Positions 27,640 through 41,501 of a DNA stretch of 64,000 bases are shown in pieces. The notes under the pieces were generated by a model. It saw only the letters and a list, made by a program, of their open reading frames with translations, was not told where the DNA came from and ran no database searches. Source of the DNA: Octopus sinensis (taxonomy: Eukaryota); assembly GCF_006345805.1 (NCBI RefSeq), contig NC_043015.1, positions 32,054,001 to 32,118,000 on the forward strand. Reading direction: 5' to 3'. How positions within the stretch are numbered: the first letter of the stretch is position 1; the number at the start of each line of letters is the position of its first letter. Position numbers and translations under genes: made by a program.

Positions 27640-27957
27640 ACTCTTTTACTCTTTTACTTGTTTCAGTCATTTGACTGCGGCCATGCTGGAGCACCGCCTT
27701 TAGTCGAGCAACTCGACCCCGGGACTTATCCTTTTTTTTTTTTTTTGTAAGCCCAGTACTTATTCTATCGGTCTCTTTTTGCCGAACCGCTAAGTGACGG
27801 GGACGTAAACACACCAGCATCGGTTGTCAAGCAATGCTAGGGGAACAAACACAGACACACATACATATATATATATACATATATACGACAGGCTTCTTTC
27901 AGTTTCCGTCTACCAAATCCACTCACAAGGCATTGGTCGGCCCGGGGCTATAGCAGA
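27640..27957 (-). mobile_element. SINE family A lacking the 5' head
   Basis: (ACTCTTTT)n tail through GGCCCGGGGCTATAGCAGA. Confidence 0.85.
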
Positions 27958-28419
27958 TATATTTTCATTTAGAGATAGTAGGCCCCTTCATCTCACCATA
28001 TAAAAGAATTTTAATCTCAATACTTACTACTTTATAACTTGGCTACACGTGTTTCATGAGGTACATTTCCCAGTTCCTTAACCACGCCGTGTTTTGCTGG
28101 AACCATTCTTAAAATATGACCCCAATCATCAGGCCTCTATATCACTTTCTCATAGTTTGATACTATAAACTATATTTTAATTTTTTAAACAAATAAGTAA
28201 GTGTAAAATAAGTGTAAAATAGGTTCGCCGGACACTACTGTACAAGCCATAATTTAATTCAAATAAAAAATTACAAAAATAAAATAGAAAATAAAGATGA
28301 AAATAAAAAATACGAATGAAAATAAATTTCATACACTGGGGTTCGTATATTTTACCCCAATGTCACTTTGATGGCATGCACTGGTCTCTGATGATGATGG
28401 TTTCAAATTTTGTGGGAGA

Positions 28420-28597
28420 GGATAACTTGATTACATTGGTCCCAATCCTCAAATGGTACTTATCTTATTGACCCTGAAAGGATGAAAGGTGGAATTATGA
28501 CCTTGGTGGAATTATGAACTCAGAATGTAAAGGTGGATGAAATAACGCTAAGCATTTTGCCTGGCGTGCTAACGATTTTGCCAGCTTGCCACCTTCA

Positions 28598-28651
<54 letters not shown>

Positions 28652-28654
28652 ATA

Positions 28655-28689
<35 letters not shown>

Positions 28690-28850
28690 GTTTTCAAATT
28701 TTAGCACAAGATCAGAAATTTCGGGAGAGGGACTAAATTGCTTAGATTGATTCCAATACTCAACTGGTATATATTTTATTGACCTCGAAAGGATGAAAGG
28801 CAAAGTTGACCTTGATGAAATTTGAACTCAGAACGTAGGCAGATGAAAAG
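28420..28850 (-). mobile_element. Two SINE family B remnants separated by an (ATT)n/(AAT)n tract
   Basis: GAAAGGATGAAAGG...GAACTCAGAA...CTTGCCACC, twice. Confidence 0.65.
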
Positions 28851-28869
28851 TCGATGCTACAGTGGACAC

Positions 28870-29110
28870 TGCGAAAAGTGGAGGCTAGAGGGAAGCCAGA
28901 CATGGTATGCAGGGCTGGAGACCTGCAAAATCCTGTGGGATTCCCAAAAGTAAATAGACCAGTTGCTTGAGTACAATAAACCTGACCTAGTGGTGGTGAA
29001 CAAGCTGAACCACATGTGCTCCATAATTGATGTTGTGTGCACCTTTGACCCATGAAATTCAAGAAGGAAGGTGCAGAAAATAGATTTATACAACCCCCTT
29101 AAATACGAGA
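28870..29110 (+). mobile_element. R4/Dong/NeSL-type LINE restriction-like endonuclease fragment
   Basis: Frameshifted translation KILWDSQ..DQLLEYNKPDLVVVNKLNHMCSIIDVVCTFD...IDLYNPLKYEI resembles the RLE motif WDF....D.......PD.....K......IIDVA.P.D. Confidence 0.7.
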
Positions 29111-29623
29111 TAGCTTGACCATGGAAAACGAAGAAGGGGAAGATAGTGCAAATTATTAGGAAATTAATAAAATATTAAAAGAAATATGTGAGAAAAATAA
29201 TTTCAATAAAATAGCAAACAATCAAAAATATTAAGAAAATAATGAAAAATATTAGGGAAATCTTTTAATTACGAAACACTTAACAACAAAGAACAATATG
29301 GAATTAGGTAAAGATTGAGAAGTGAAAATTAAAGAACAGAAATTGGTGTTACCTGTATTGATTGCGTCTTGTAGAAGAATGGTCTTTTATAATGGTTCTG
29401 GTGAGAACAACTGCATTTATATGACCTATCTTGGAATACAAAACACAATGGTGCCATTCTATTGAACTAAATAAATGGACAGTCTGACGGCCTTTTGTTT
29501 AATTGATTTCTTCTAAAGTCTCTGTTGTTCTTGTTGTTATTGTCATCGCTCTTCTTCTTCTTCTTCTTCTTCTTCTCCTCCTCCTTCTTCTTCTTTGTCC
29601 TCTTCCTCCTCCTTCACATTCTT

Positions 29624-29654
<31 letters not shown>

Positions 29655-29724
29655 CCATCGTCGTCGTCATCACCATCGTCGTCGTCATCATCATCATCGT
29701 CATCATCATCATCATCATCATGAA

Positions 29725-29915
29725 AGCAGTAAGCTCTGCCAAATTGTTAGCATGCTAGACAAAATGTTTAGCGACATTTCATCTTTATGCTCTGAGTTCA
29801 ATTTCCACTAAGGTTGACTTTACCTCTCATCCTTTCTGGGTCAATGAAATAAGTACCAGTCAAAGCACTGGGGTCAATGTAATTGACAAGCACCCTCCCC
29901 CAAAATTTTAGGCCT
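29725..29915 (+). mobile_element. SINE family B, diverged
   Basis: TTGTTAGCATGCTAGACAAAATGTTTAGCG...CTGAGTTCAATTTCC...AAGTACCAGT. Confidence 0.65.
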
Positions 29916-30971
29916 GCTATCAATCTATCTATCTGTCTATCTATCTATGCAAATAAATGTGTTAACATGTGACATTATTGACCAAGGTTACTGTGGTCCT
30001 TTCTGTAGGCTTTTCTTTCCACGGATAAACCTTATCTGTTTCCCCTTTAAACTTTATATAATGACATTTCTGTGATACATGATCTCTATTGATCGTTTTT
30101 TTTCTTTCCTTTTTATGATCCCTTTTGATAGAAAACCTACCCTGCCTTTTTTTCTCCCCAAAAGAAAAGCTCTACCTTGTAATTTGTCCCGTCTGTGTTC
30201 AGCCCTGTGTGGCTAATAAAGAAACATATCTATCTATCCATCCATCTGTCTATCTTTCTATCTACCTATCTACCTTTCTCTCTATCTGTCTCTCTATCTA
30301 TCCTGCTGTCAGTCTGTCTATCTTTGTATTTGAATAGATAGAGAGGTAGATATGCTGGCAGGTAGGGAGAGATATAGATCATATGACCACTCACAGTCCT
30401 TGGGATACAATAAACAATAACTTCTCAGTAACATCACCACCGCTTCCAGCCCCTACCAAACACCCTACCAACAAACTTCTACCACCACCACCACCACTGC
30501 CACCACTGCCACCACTGCTCACAATGCACTTACTTGCCCAAGATGCCACACTGTGAGACTGAACTTAAAACCACATGGCTGAGGGGCAACCTTCTAAACA
30601 ACAGTCACACCTGTGCCTACCACTAGTCTATAATGAGTATTGATAAAATTGACCTGACTATATAAGGCAGTGCTCCAGTATGGCCACAGTCTAATGAGTG
30701 AAATCAGGAAAAGAATTATAGATTAACAGCAACAACAACAACAGCAACGCCAACAGCACCAACAACAACTTATCCCATTAAGGTGACATCTAGGGACATC
30801 TGGTTTTGTCTTTCTTTCACCCAATACAATGATAAAGCACTTGCCTACCTTTGGTCTTTCATACAGGATGAGATAGTTGTTGGGGTGGAGTTGCCTGGTC
30901 CAGGAATTGAACCTATGATCTTATGGTTATGAACCAACTACTGAAACTACTTGGTTAAAAGACCTACACGT

Positions 30972-31235
30972 CTTGGAACAAGCATGGAACAAACTGCCTG
31001 CGTCAGTTGTTAGTTGTCGGAGCACTGCATCCTTCAAAACTTCCATGCTTCCTGAGATTCGCCAACACTACACCTGACTTTCTCCTCCCCTCCATACTAA
31101 CACAAGCATGTATCTGACTCATATACATTGTTCGCTTCCCAGACATTTCTACATTACTGCATATACTTTATACACACTTTTGACAAGTTGTGGGGCACCC
31201 GAGCACTGTATACAATAATTTCATTATTATATTAT
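30972..31235 (+). mobile_element. CR1-LINE 3' end with (ATT)n tail
   Basis: Translation AWNKLPASVVSCRSTASFKTSMLPEIRQHYT*; 3'UTR shared with copies at 48882, 52108 and 54711. Confidence 0.85.
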
Positions 31236-33328
31236 TATATTCGGTACTTCTGATCAAAGGCCTGCTCAGTCACAGTCAACCTGGGGCTAAACAACATCAA
31301 CACCACCACCAACAACAACAACAACAGCAAGAAGAAGAAGAAAAAGATGAATCAAACGAGGGAACTTCCTTCAGCATTTGTTTAATGTTGTCGATGTGGC
31401 AAGTGAATTTCCCACAAGAACATTTTATTGTCTTTAAAATGAGGTCAATGTGTATTTTTGAAGCTAATTCTGAGGACAATAAGGGCCATAGTATATATAT
31501 ATATATATATATAGAAGGGCTAAAGCTAGATTAGATGGTTGCACTCGAATAGGATTGAATGGCCCCATCTAAACAAGATGGTTGCAGTCGGACAGTATAA
31601 CTAAATTTAGACAGGAACGACACAGCTGGACATGATGGTCATATTTAGATAGGATGGTCACAGGTAGACAGGATTGTTGTAGCCTGACAGGATGGCCACA
31701 ACTAGATAGGAGGATATACAATGACAAGGCAAAATAAACTATAGCTTTCAATCTAAATTATGCAAACATGAAAATAACGCTGACATCACATTTTAACAGA
31801 TATATTTACCAAAATTACATAAAAATATCTTGAAATACTAAAGAATAAATTTATTCAAGAAAATCGCCATTGGCTTCAACCACGGACTCTAGATGAATTC
31901 AGAATATATATATATATTGACGTCCTGTTTTTGTTATTATTATTATCATTATTGTTTTTACGTATTTTTGTATTCTTAGTCGTGTAACATCGTCCGTTTT
32001 CCCGTCCTTGTTTTGTATACATTCGAGGCTTTCTTCCAAGGAATCTAATGCGCTTGGCTTAGATTTTCCTTTGGGGCTGGCCAGGTCGGAGCAATCTCAA
32101 GATTAATCAGCCGAAATTGCAAGGATGATCCGGTTCTTGACTGAAGATTGAAGGCTTTGAATGTCCCGTCCATGTTTTTTGTATCGTCTTCTAAATGTTT
32201 TGCGTTCTTGTCCCAGTTTGTATTTTTTTTACATATACATATATATATATATTCATGTGTGTGTATCTTTACATCTATGTTTGTCCCCCACCACCACTTG
32301 ACAAAGACCAATTGAATAAGTACCAGTGTTAAAAAAAAAATTAAGTACTGGAATCGAATGAATCGACTCAAGTACTTATTCCTTCAACCAAAATATTCTT
32401 CAAAATGCTGCCCCAGCATGACCACAGTCTAATGACTGAAACTAGTAAAAGATAAAAGATAAACACACCTTGAGCCACATCTTACTGTCTTAAAAACGAG
32501 AAAGCCATATTCAGGGCTGGTTTTAAACCAATTAGATAGATTCCTTCAAACTGGGTTCCACGCTGAGAGAGGGCCCCACATACATGCTTGAATGGAGGAC
32601 ATTATGATGAAATTTTAGTATATCATTGCAGTTAAAGATGGAGCATCAAGGCCCCCAATGCTTTTTGGCTGGGACTGGTATACTATCACGAAGCATCAAT
32701 CTTCAGCTTATGTAGTATAGAGGGCTCCACTGACAATTCTCTAATTGGGTCCTGCAGTTCCTCGTGCTTGTCCTAGCTATATTAGCTGATGCAATCATTG
32801 GTAAACCTCTAAATTGACTCAGTAATTATGACTGGATTTCCTTTCAACAAAGGTTTACTCAATAAAGGCCGAACTGAGATTCAACAACAACAACAACAAC
32901 AACAACAATAGCAACAAGACCAACTATATTAGCAGCAGTAACAAAAAGATCTGCATTATAAGCTCCTGGGAAATATGAAAGCCTGTATGAAAATACAATA
33001 TATCCACTGAATATCTCTCAAAGTGAAGGACCACAAGCTTTAGAGTTGTAAATACCATCAGATCATGCTATTCCACAATAAAGTCAGTGTGATTATGTTT
33101 TGGATAATTGTTAAGGTTAGGGTTAGGGTTAGGGTTAACACAGTTAAATAATGCTGTTTCTGTTCTATCAGCTTACACTGCTTATGGTCCATCAGTAAAC
33201 AAAAACTACAACAACTACTACTACTACTACTGCTAACCACAACAATGGCATTAGCAATAATAGCAAAATAGTAACCAAAAATGACAAACAAGGAACTGTT
33301 TATATATGTCTGCTTGCATGTTTGTATG

Positions 33329-33395
<67 letters not shown>

Positions 33396-33409
33396 ATATA
33401 TATATATAT

Positions 33410-33440
<31 letters not shown>

Positions 33441-33666
33441 CACACCATACATAATATATATATATATATACACACATACATACAATATATATATATAATA
33501 TATATATATATAATATATATATGTAAATATGTATATATATATATCCATGCAGCACAGAGGGCAGATGTTAAATGATGATGATAATGATGGTTATATATAT
33601 ATGTATATCTATGTACATATGTGTGTGTGTGTGTGTATGTATAAATACATCTGGATACAGATATAT

Positions 33667-33890
33667 ACTTGCAGTAACTCCTCACCATATCGCAGTTCAC
33701 AAATCATGGTTTATTATTTAAGCTTATGTCGATTTCTCCGTGGGGTTGTTTTGCATTTATAATAAAATGAATATATACAAATTATAAAGATAATAAAAAC
33801 AATATACAGTACTGTTTCTACTTCAGAGATTTTCACTTATAGTGGTGGGGTTTTGGACATAACACCCGTGATAGTGGAGGCATTACTATG
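33667..33890. mobile_element. pogo/Tigger-like MITE, decayed
   Basis: Ends CAGTAACTCCTC... and ...GAGGCATTACTA are imperfect TIRs. Confidence 0.45.
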
Positions 33891-33938
33891 TATGTGAATA
33901 TATGTATGTATATATACATATATGTATGTATGTATGTG

Positions 33939-33970
<32 letters not shown>

Positions 33971-33976
33971 ATATAG

Positions 33977-34029
<53 letters not shown>

Positions 34030-34222
34030 CTTTACTACCCACAAGGGGCTAAACACAGACGGGCCAAACAAGGACAGACAAACGGATTAAGTCGATTATA
34101 TCGACCCTAGTGTTAACTGGTACTTAATTATCGACCTCGAAAGGATGAAAGGCAAAGTCGACCTCGGGGAATTTGAACTCGGAACGTGACGACAGACGAA
34201 ATACAGCTACGAATTTCGCCCA
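34030..34222 (-). mobile_element. SINE family B inserted in a (TA)n tract
   Basis: Reverse complement of the family B body and tail. Confidence 0.85.
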
Positions 34223-34279
34223 TGTATGTATATATATATATGTGTGTGTGTGTGTATGTATGTATATATATATATATAT

Positions 34280-34315
<36 letters not shown>

Positions 34316-34347
34316 ATATATATTATAGAAATATATATAAATCTATA

Positions 34348-35273
34348 CTAGCCGACGTACCCGGTAACTCCCAGGAAAGTGGAGTTTATCCCTTGGTTCC
34401 GTTCTCATAATTGTTTCCCTAATCCAGTGCTTTTCAAACTTTTTGCTGGAGCGGAACCCCTGGACTGTACTGGTGGAACCCTAAGGTTCCGCGGAACCCT
34501 GGTTGAAAACCACTGCCCTAATCCAATAACAACAGTACAAAATATATAGACCTTAAAATGGTTTTTGTGCATTTACAGAGAACAGTGAACTGTCTTACAC
34601 AGGATCTTGTTTTTAGGAATTCCCAAAAAGTTATGAATACCCAAATTGTGAAGTCAGTTATGTAATAACATGAAATTAGTTACCCGATAGTAAGAATTCA
34701 AATAAAGTAGCCCCCAAAAGGACTTTAATGCATTCCCAGAGTATATAGAACATCGGAGGAAATACTAATAAGGTATGTATACTAAAATTGTGAAGTATGT
34801 TGCGTAATGAGAGGTTAATCAGATATGGGATAATAACAATTCAAAGTAAATAACTCCGAAAAGGGCTTTTGCACGTTCCCAGAGAATATTACCCTCAGGG
34901 GCGCTAGTGTTGGTATATTTGTGAAAAAGTCACTAACCCAAATAAGTGGATCTATTGTTTAGCAAAATACTGCTTACTTGTTCAAACGTAAATTGTGAAA
35001 ATAACTCTAACAGTTCAATTACTAAAAAATAAGCATACTCAGTTTCATTTTTACTACATAATTTAGGAAAATGAATGGGTTATTTCACTTGGCTATATAT
35101 ATAAGGATCTCTTCCAGGGGCCCTATTATCAATCTGAATATGCCATGAAGTTTCCAGGCACGAATTCTACTCACGTATCAAGTTTTATCAAAATCGATAA
35201 AACGATGTTGGATGAGTTAGCTAACAACTCCACAAACACACTCACAAACAAAATTTCCCACATCTGTAGTATA
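34348..35273 (-). mobile_element. Non-autonomous Helitron (Lep1/DINE-like)
   Basis: Minus-strand 3' end ...GGGAGTTACCGGGTACGTCGG-CTAG|T. 5' part ATACTACAGATGTGGGAAATTTTGTTTGTGAGTGTG...CGATTTTGATAAAACTTG is typical of this class. Confidence 0.65.
34425..34515. mobile_element. 91-bp hAT-type MITE with 8-bp TSD
   Basis: TIR CAGTGCTTTTCAA / TTGAAAACCACTG (12 of 13 match); CCCTAATC at 34417-34424 and 34516-34523. Confidence 0.9.
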
Positions 35274-35274
35274 T

Positions 35275-35573
35275 CATCATCATCATCATCGTTTAACGTC
35301 CATTTTCCATGCTAGCACGGGTTGGACGGTTTGACCAGGGTCTGGGAAGCCAGAAGGCTGCACCAGGCTGCAGTCTGATCTAGCAGTGTTTCTACAGCTG
35401 GGTGCCTTTCCTAATGCCAACCACTCCGTGAGTATAGTGGGTGCTTTTTACGTGCCACCGGTACAGGTGGTAGGCGAGGCTGGCAACGGCCACGATTGGT
35501 TGGTGCTTTTTACATGCCACAGGCATGGAAGCCAGTCAAGGTGGCGCTGGCATCGGCCACGTTTGAATGGTGC

Positions 35574-35580
<7 letters not shown>
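35275..35580 (-). mobile_element. RTE-LINE 3'UTR copy
   Basis: (CAT)n CGTTTAACGTCC tail and repeat units on the minus strand. Confidence 0.85.
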
Positions 35581-35610
<30 letters not shown>

Positions 35611-36114
35611 ATTTGTCTGTGTTCCGTGTTCGTCCCTTCCTGTATTTCACGTTCATTATATATAAAAACATTCATTCTTATATATGCATATACATATACA
35701 TACATAATGTGTGTGTGTGTGTGTGTATGCATATATATGTAAATGTGTATGAGTGTGAGTGCATGTATGCAGGTGTGTGCATGAGTGCTGGTGCATGTCT
35801 AAACAAATGGGCCGATATGTGTGTGTGTGTGTGTGTGTGTGTTTTAACGCATTTGTATACAAACACATACAAATAATTATATGAGAATAACTAAAGTTGT
35901 TTTACCTGTTAAGGATCACAAAAAGGGAGTAAGGTGAGATTGCGTTGGGGGTGGGGGGTGGAGGCTGGGTTGAGATGGTTGGGTGTTGTGGGGTGTATGG
36001 GAGAATGTGAGGTGTCAGAGGGTGGTGGGTACTGTGTGTAGTGTAGGTAACTAATGGCAGAAAGGAAAAAAGAATGAAAGATATATAAATGAAAAAAATC
36101 AAGGAAGTACAAGC

Positions 36115-36770
36115 AGAATGGTGGTGGTGGTGGTAGTGGTGGTGGTGGTGGTGGTGGTTGTAGTTGTGGTTGTAGTGGTAGTGAAGGTACTGGCAGCAAC
36201 AGCAGAGATATTGTTGCAATGTGGTGGGGTGGGGGTGGTAGTGGTTGTGGTAGTGGAGGTGGTGCAAGTGGTGATTGTGGTGGTGCTGGTGGCAGTGGTG
36301 GTTGTAGTGATAGTGGTGGTGGTGATGGTGGTAGTGGTGGTGATAGTGGTGGTCGTCATGGCAGTGGTGGTGCTGGTGATGGTGGTGATGGTGGCAGTGG
36401 TGGTAGTGGTCGTGGTGGTAGTGGTTGTGGTGGTAGTGGTTGTGGTGGTAGTGGTCGTGGTGGTAGTGGTTGTGGTGGTAGTGGTCGTGGTGGTAGTGGT
36501 TGTGGTGGTAGTGGTCGTGGCGGTAGTGGTTGTGGTGGTAGTGGTTGTGGTAGTGAATGTGGTAGTGCTGGTGGCAGTGGTGGTTGTGGTGATAGTGGTG
36601 GTGGTGGGGACAGTGGTGGTGATGGTGGCAGTGGTGGTCGTGGTGGTGGAGGCAGTGAAGGCAGTGGGAGCAACAGCAGAGGTATTGTTGCTATTGGTGG
36701 TGGAGGTAGTAGTGGTGGTGTTGCCGGTGGTAGTGGTGGTGGCTGTAGCATGGTGGTAGTGGTATTGGTG
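36115..36770. repeat. (GGT/AGT/TGT)n compound tract
   Basis: Directly visible; includes a 15-18 nt higher-order GGTAGTGGT(T/C)GTGGT periodicity at about 36410-36550. Confidence 0.95.
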
Positions 36771-37284
36771 GTGACAGAAAAGGATATAAAAGAGGTAAGA
36801 GACAAAACAAATAAATAAAAAAAATACATAGAAAAAGAAAACAAAAGTGAGAGGCAAAGAATGAATGAATGAATGACAGGAATGAATGAGTGAGAGGAAT
36901 GAATGAGTGAGAGGAAAGAGAAAGAATAGAAAGGCAGAAGGAAAGGAAGGAAGATAGGAATGTGGGAAGATAGAAAGAAACAAAGGAAAAATGTAAGAAT
37001 GACTACACAGAATATTTGCAAATATTAGAGATATTATTGTACGTAAGGAGGTTAACAGGTCAAGCATATATCTATCTGTATATCCCACCCACCCCACCGT
37101 TCATTTGGGGACACACACACAGGAGGATGTGTTTATGATACAGGTATGGTGTATGGTGTGGGTGTTGGTGCCAGGTGAAAAAAAAATAGCACCCAGTACA
37201 CCCATTGTGTGTGTGTGTGTACATGGTGTTAAATGATGATAATGATGTGTGTGTATATGTGCATGTGTGTGGACGTAGACTATA

Positions 37285-37324
<40 letters not shown>

Positions 37325-37369
37325 CTATATATTATATATATATACTATATATTTTATATATACTATATA

Positions 37370-38964
37370 TTATCATCATCATCATCACATCATCGTTTAA
37401 CGTCCGCTTTCCTTCCATGCTAGCATGGGTTGGACGGTTCAACTGGGGTCTGGGAAGCCCGAAGCTGCACCAGCCAGTCGAATGTGGCAGTGTTCTACAG
37501 CTGGATGCCCTTCCTAACGCCAACCACTCCGAGAGTGTAGTGGGTGATTTTATGTGCCACACGACACAGTGCCAGACGAGGCTGGCAGACGCCACGCTCG
37601 ATGGTGTTTTTTTTTGTGCCACCGACACAGGTGCCAGACGAGGCTGGCAGACGGCCCACGCTCGGATGGTGGTTTTCTATGTGTCACCGACACAGGTGCT
37701 AGACGAGGCTGGCGGACGGCCACGCTCGGATGGTGTTTGTTACGTGCCCTCAGCACGGAGGCCAGTCATTGCGGTACTGGCTACGGTCACGTTCGGATGG
37801 TTTTCTTATGTGCCACCGGCACTGGTACCACAAGGATACAAATTCATTGATGTTCATCTATTTGATTTGGTTCGATTTGATTTGATACGATTCGATTCGA
37901 TTCTCACTTGCCTCAACAGGTCTTCACAAGTTGTCACAAGAAGGAAGGTATGCACAGGTGGACTGACTACGTCCAGAGGGGCCACGGATTATGCTTCACT
38001 AGTCTTGCCGGGTTTCTCAACGCACAGCATACTTCCATAGGTCTCGGTCTCTAGTCATTTCCATGGTGAGACCTAACGTCCGAAGGTCGTGCTTCACCAC
38101 CTCGTCCCAGGTTTTCCTGGTCTACCTCTCCACGGGTTCCCTCAACTGTAGGGATTGGCACTTTCTCACAACCTCTCTTCATCCATTCTCGCCACATGAC
38201 CATACCAGCGCAATCGTCTCTCTGCACACACACAACTGATGCTTCTTAGGTACAACATTTCTCTCAAGGTACTAACGCTCTGTCGAGTAAGTACACTGAC
38301 ATTACACATCCATCGGAGCATACTGCTTCTTTCCTCACGAGCTTACGCATGTCCTCAGCAGTCACGGCCCATGTTTCACTGCATGTAGCATAGCTTTCGT
38401 ACACATGCATCATACAGTCTGCCTTTTACTCTGAGCGAGAGGCCTTTAGTCACCAGCAGAGGTAAGAGCTCCCTAAACTTTGCCCAGGCTATTCTTATTC
38501 TAGCAGTTACACTTTCAGCGCACCCACCCCCACTACTGACTTGGTCACCTAGATAGCGGAAACTATCAACTACTTTCTAGTTTCCCCCCGGAAAGTGACA
38601 GAAGTTGTTTCTGCAGATTTTCGGAGGTCAGTGCCCAGAGCACCTGCCACATACAAAAACTATCTTTCCCAGTTAGCCTACCTTTGACATTGCTGCACTC
38701 TCTTATGTGTCCATAGATTACACTGGGTACATCTTATAGAGTTTCTAACTACCTACACCTTTTCTACAGATCGAACAGGGCCATCTTCCTGATGATATTT
38801 GTGGGTTTTCTACCTTTCTACTTATTAGTACTTTGGGTTTAGCTAGGTTGACTCTAAGGCCCCGATTCTAAACCCTCCTTCCACACCTGGAACTTCTCCT
38901 CCAGTTCTGATAGTGACTCAGCGATTAGAGCGAGGTCGTCAGCATAGAGGAGCTCCCAGGGGCA
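37370..38964 (-). mobile_element. RTE-clade LINE, 5'-truncated (RT from YADD to C-terminus, frameshifted) with about 620 nt 3'UTR
   Basis: Minus strand reads PWELLYADDLALIAESLSELEEKFQVWKEGLE...RRLRWYGHVARMD...EGTRG...LGLTMEMTRDRDLWKYAV; then the repeat array, GGTTGGCGTTAGGAAGGGCATCC and a (GAT)n tail. Confidence 0.9.
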
Positions 38965-40573
38965 ATATTATATATATATACTATATATTATATATATATA
39001 CTATATATTATATATATATACTATATATATATATACTATATATTTATATATATATACTATATATATTATACTATATATTATATATACTATATATTATATA
39101 TATACTACTATATATATACTATATATTATATATACTATATATTATATATATATACTATATATATACTATAATTATATATATATACTATATATTATATATA
39201 TATATATATTATATATATATATTTAAGTATATTAATATATAATTATATATACTTATAATTATATTATAGATATCGCTTATATATTATATATACTATATAT
39301 TATATGATATATATCTATAGTATTATATATAAACTATATATTATATATATATACTATATATTATATATATATATACTATATATTATCTATATATATACTA
39401 TATTATATATATTATACTATCTATTAATCTATATATACTATTATTATATATATATATATATAGAATATACTAATATATTATATATAATACTATATTATAT
39501 ATATATACATATATTATATATATAATACTATATATATAATATATATATTTTATATATATACTATATATTGTATATATATACTATATATATATACTATATA
39601 TTTATAATATTATATATATATAATAATATATATAATATTATTATATATAGTATACATACATATAGTTATATTAATATAAGAAAAGGAGAAAAAAAAAAAT
39701 AATGGATACTTATTTTATTGTAATATGATAAAAATATAGCAAACAATTTAATACAAATAAAATTAAAGCAACATTATATATATATATAATATATATGATG
39801 ATAATGATGTGTGTGTATATGTGCATGTGTGTGGACGTAGACTATATGTGTTGGATATATATATATATATATATGTATGTACTATATATTATATATATAA
39901 CTATATATTATATATATACTATTATTATATTATATACTATAATATTATATAAAACTATATATTATATATATTATACTATATATTATATATATATATACCT
40001 TATATTATATATATGATATAGATATATACTATATAATTATATATATACTATATATATATAATACTATATATATATAACTATATATTATATTGATATACTA
40101 TATATTAATATATCCTAATATATATATATATACTAGATATATAGTACTATATATTATATATATATACTTATTATATATATATATATATTATATATATATA
40201 TTATATATTATATTATATATATTATATAGACTATATATTATATATATATAATACTATATATTATATATTATACTATATATTATATATATATATATACTAT
40301 ATATTATATATAAACTATATATTATATATATATACTATATATTATATATATATATACTATAGTATAATAATATATATACATATATTATATATATATATAC
40401 TATATATTATATATATATACTATATATTATATATATATACTATATATATACTATATATTATATATATATACTATATATTATATATATATCTATATATATA
40501 TATATAATTTATATATATATATACTATATTTGTATATAATATATATATATATACTATAATATATATATATTAT

Positions 40574-40607
<34 letters not shown>

Positions 40608-40776
40608 GATATATATAATATATATACATAATATATAATTAATATAAGAAAAATGAGAAAAAAAAAAATAATGATACTTATTTTAATTTGTAATATGATA
40701 AAAATATAGCAAACAATTTAATACAAATAAAATTAAAAGCACATTATATTATATATATATATATATATATAATATA

Positions 40777-40847
<71 letters not shown>

Positions 40848-40915
40848 ATATATATATAATATATATATATAATATATATATATATTATATATATATGTAT
40901 ATATATATATTATTA
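38965..40915. repeat. About 2 kb TA-rich satellite-like tract with internal duplicated unique blocks
   Basis: TATATATTATATATAC-type units. Blocks at 39670-39780 and 40620-40750 are near-identical; 39795-39880 repeats 37233-37330. Confidence 0.9.
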
Positions 40916-41039
40916 GTCACACTTAGTGACGGTTGAATTTTCCTTTATGTTATCCACATTGCACCTGGCTGTCAATATTAATTTTATACACACAAACACA
41001 CCCATATATAATGAAGACATGGGACGAGGTAGTGTAGCA

Positions 41040-41435
41040 CGGTCTTCAAATGCTGGGCTTCACAGAGTCAATAACAAGCAACCAAGACCTTTGGAGATAT
41101 GCTGTGCTTGAGAAGACCCACCAAGCCAAGTAAGATTGTAGCCATGGCCTATTCTAGTGTCATGTGACCAAGACCTTTGGTGATAAGCTGTACTTGTGTA
41201 GACTTGTCAAACCAAGTGAGACCGTTGTCATGGCCGATGACAGTGTCAGATCAATGGCATCTGTGCTAGTGGGATGTAAAAAACACGCACTAAACTCTCG
41301 GAGTGGTTGGCATTAGAAAGTGCATCCAGCCGTAGAACCCTTGCCAAATCAGATTGGAACCTGTTACAACTGCAGCTTACCAGTTTTCTCATGCCAGCAT
41401 GGAAAGCGGATGTTATATGATGATGATGATGATAA
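41040..41435 (+). mobile_element. RTE-LINE 3' end, older copy
   Basis: Translation LQMLGFTESITSNQDLWRYAVLEKTHQAK*; then degenerate 3'UTR and (GAT)n tail. Confidence 0.75.
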
Positions 41436-41501
41436 TATATACATATATGAGTGAGTGGACAAGCAAAAGAAACTGACACCCTACACATTTGGTAGGAACT
41501 A

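Noticed and set aside
33111-33134. TTAAGG(TTAGGG)3 telomere-like repeat
   Set aside because: Only three perfect units; expected by chance or as TE-internal sequence in a repeat-rich window.
37550-37830. Repeat-spacer-like array superficially resembling CRISPR
   Set aside because: Eukaryotic context, no cas genes, the spacers are homologous to each other, and the array is the 3'UTR of an RTE LINE.
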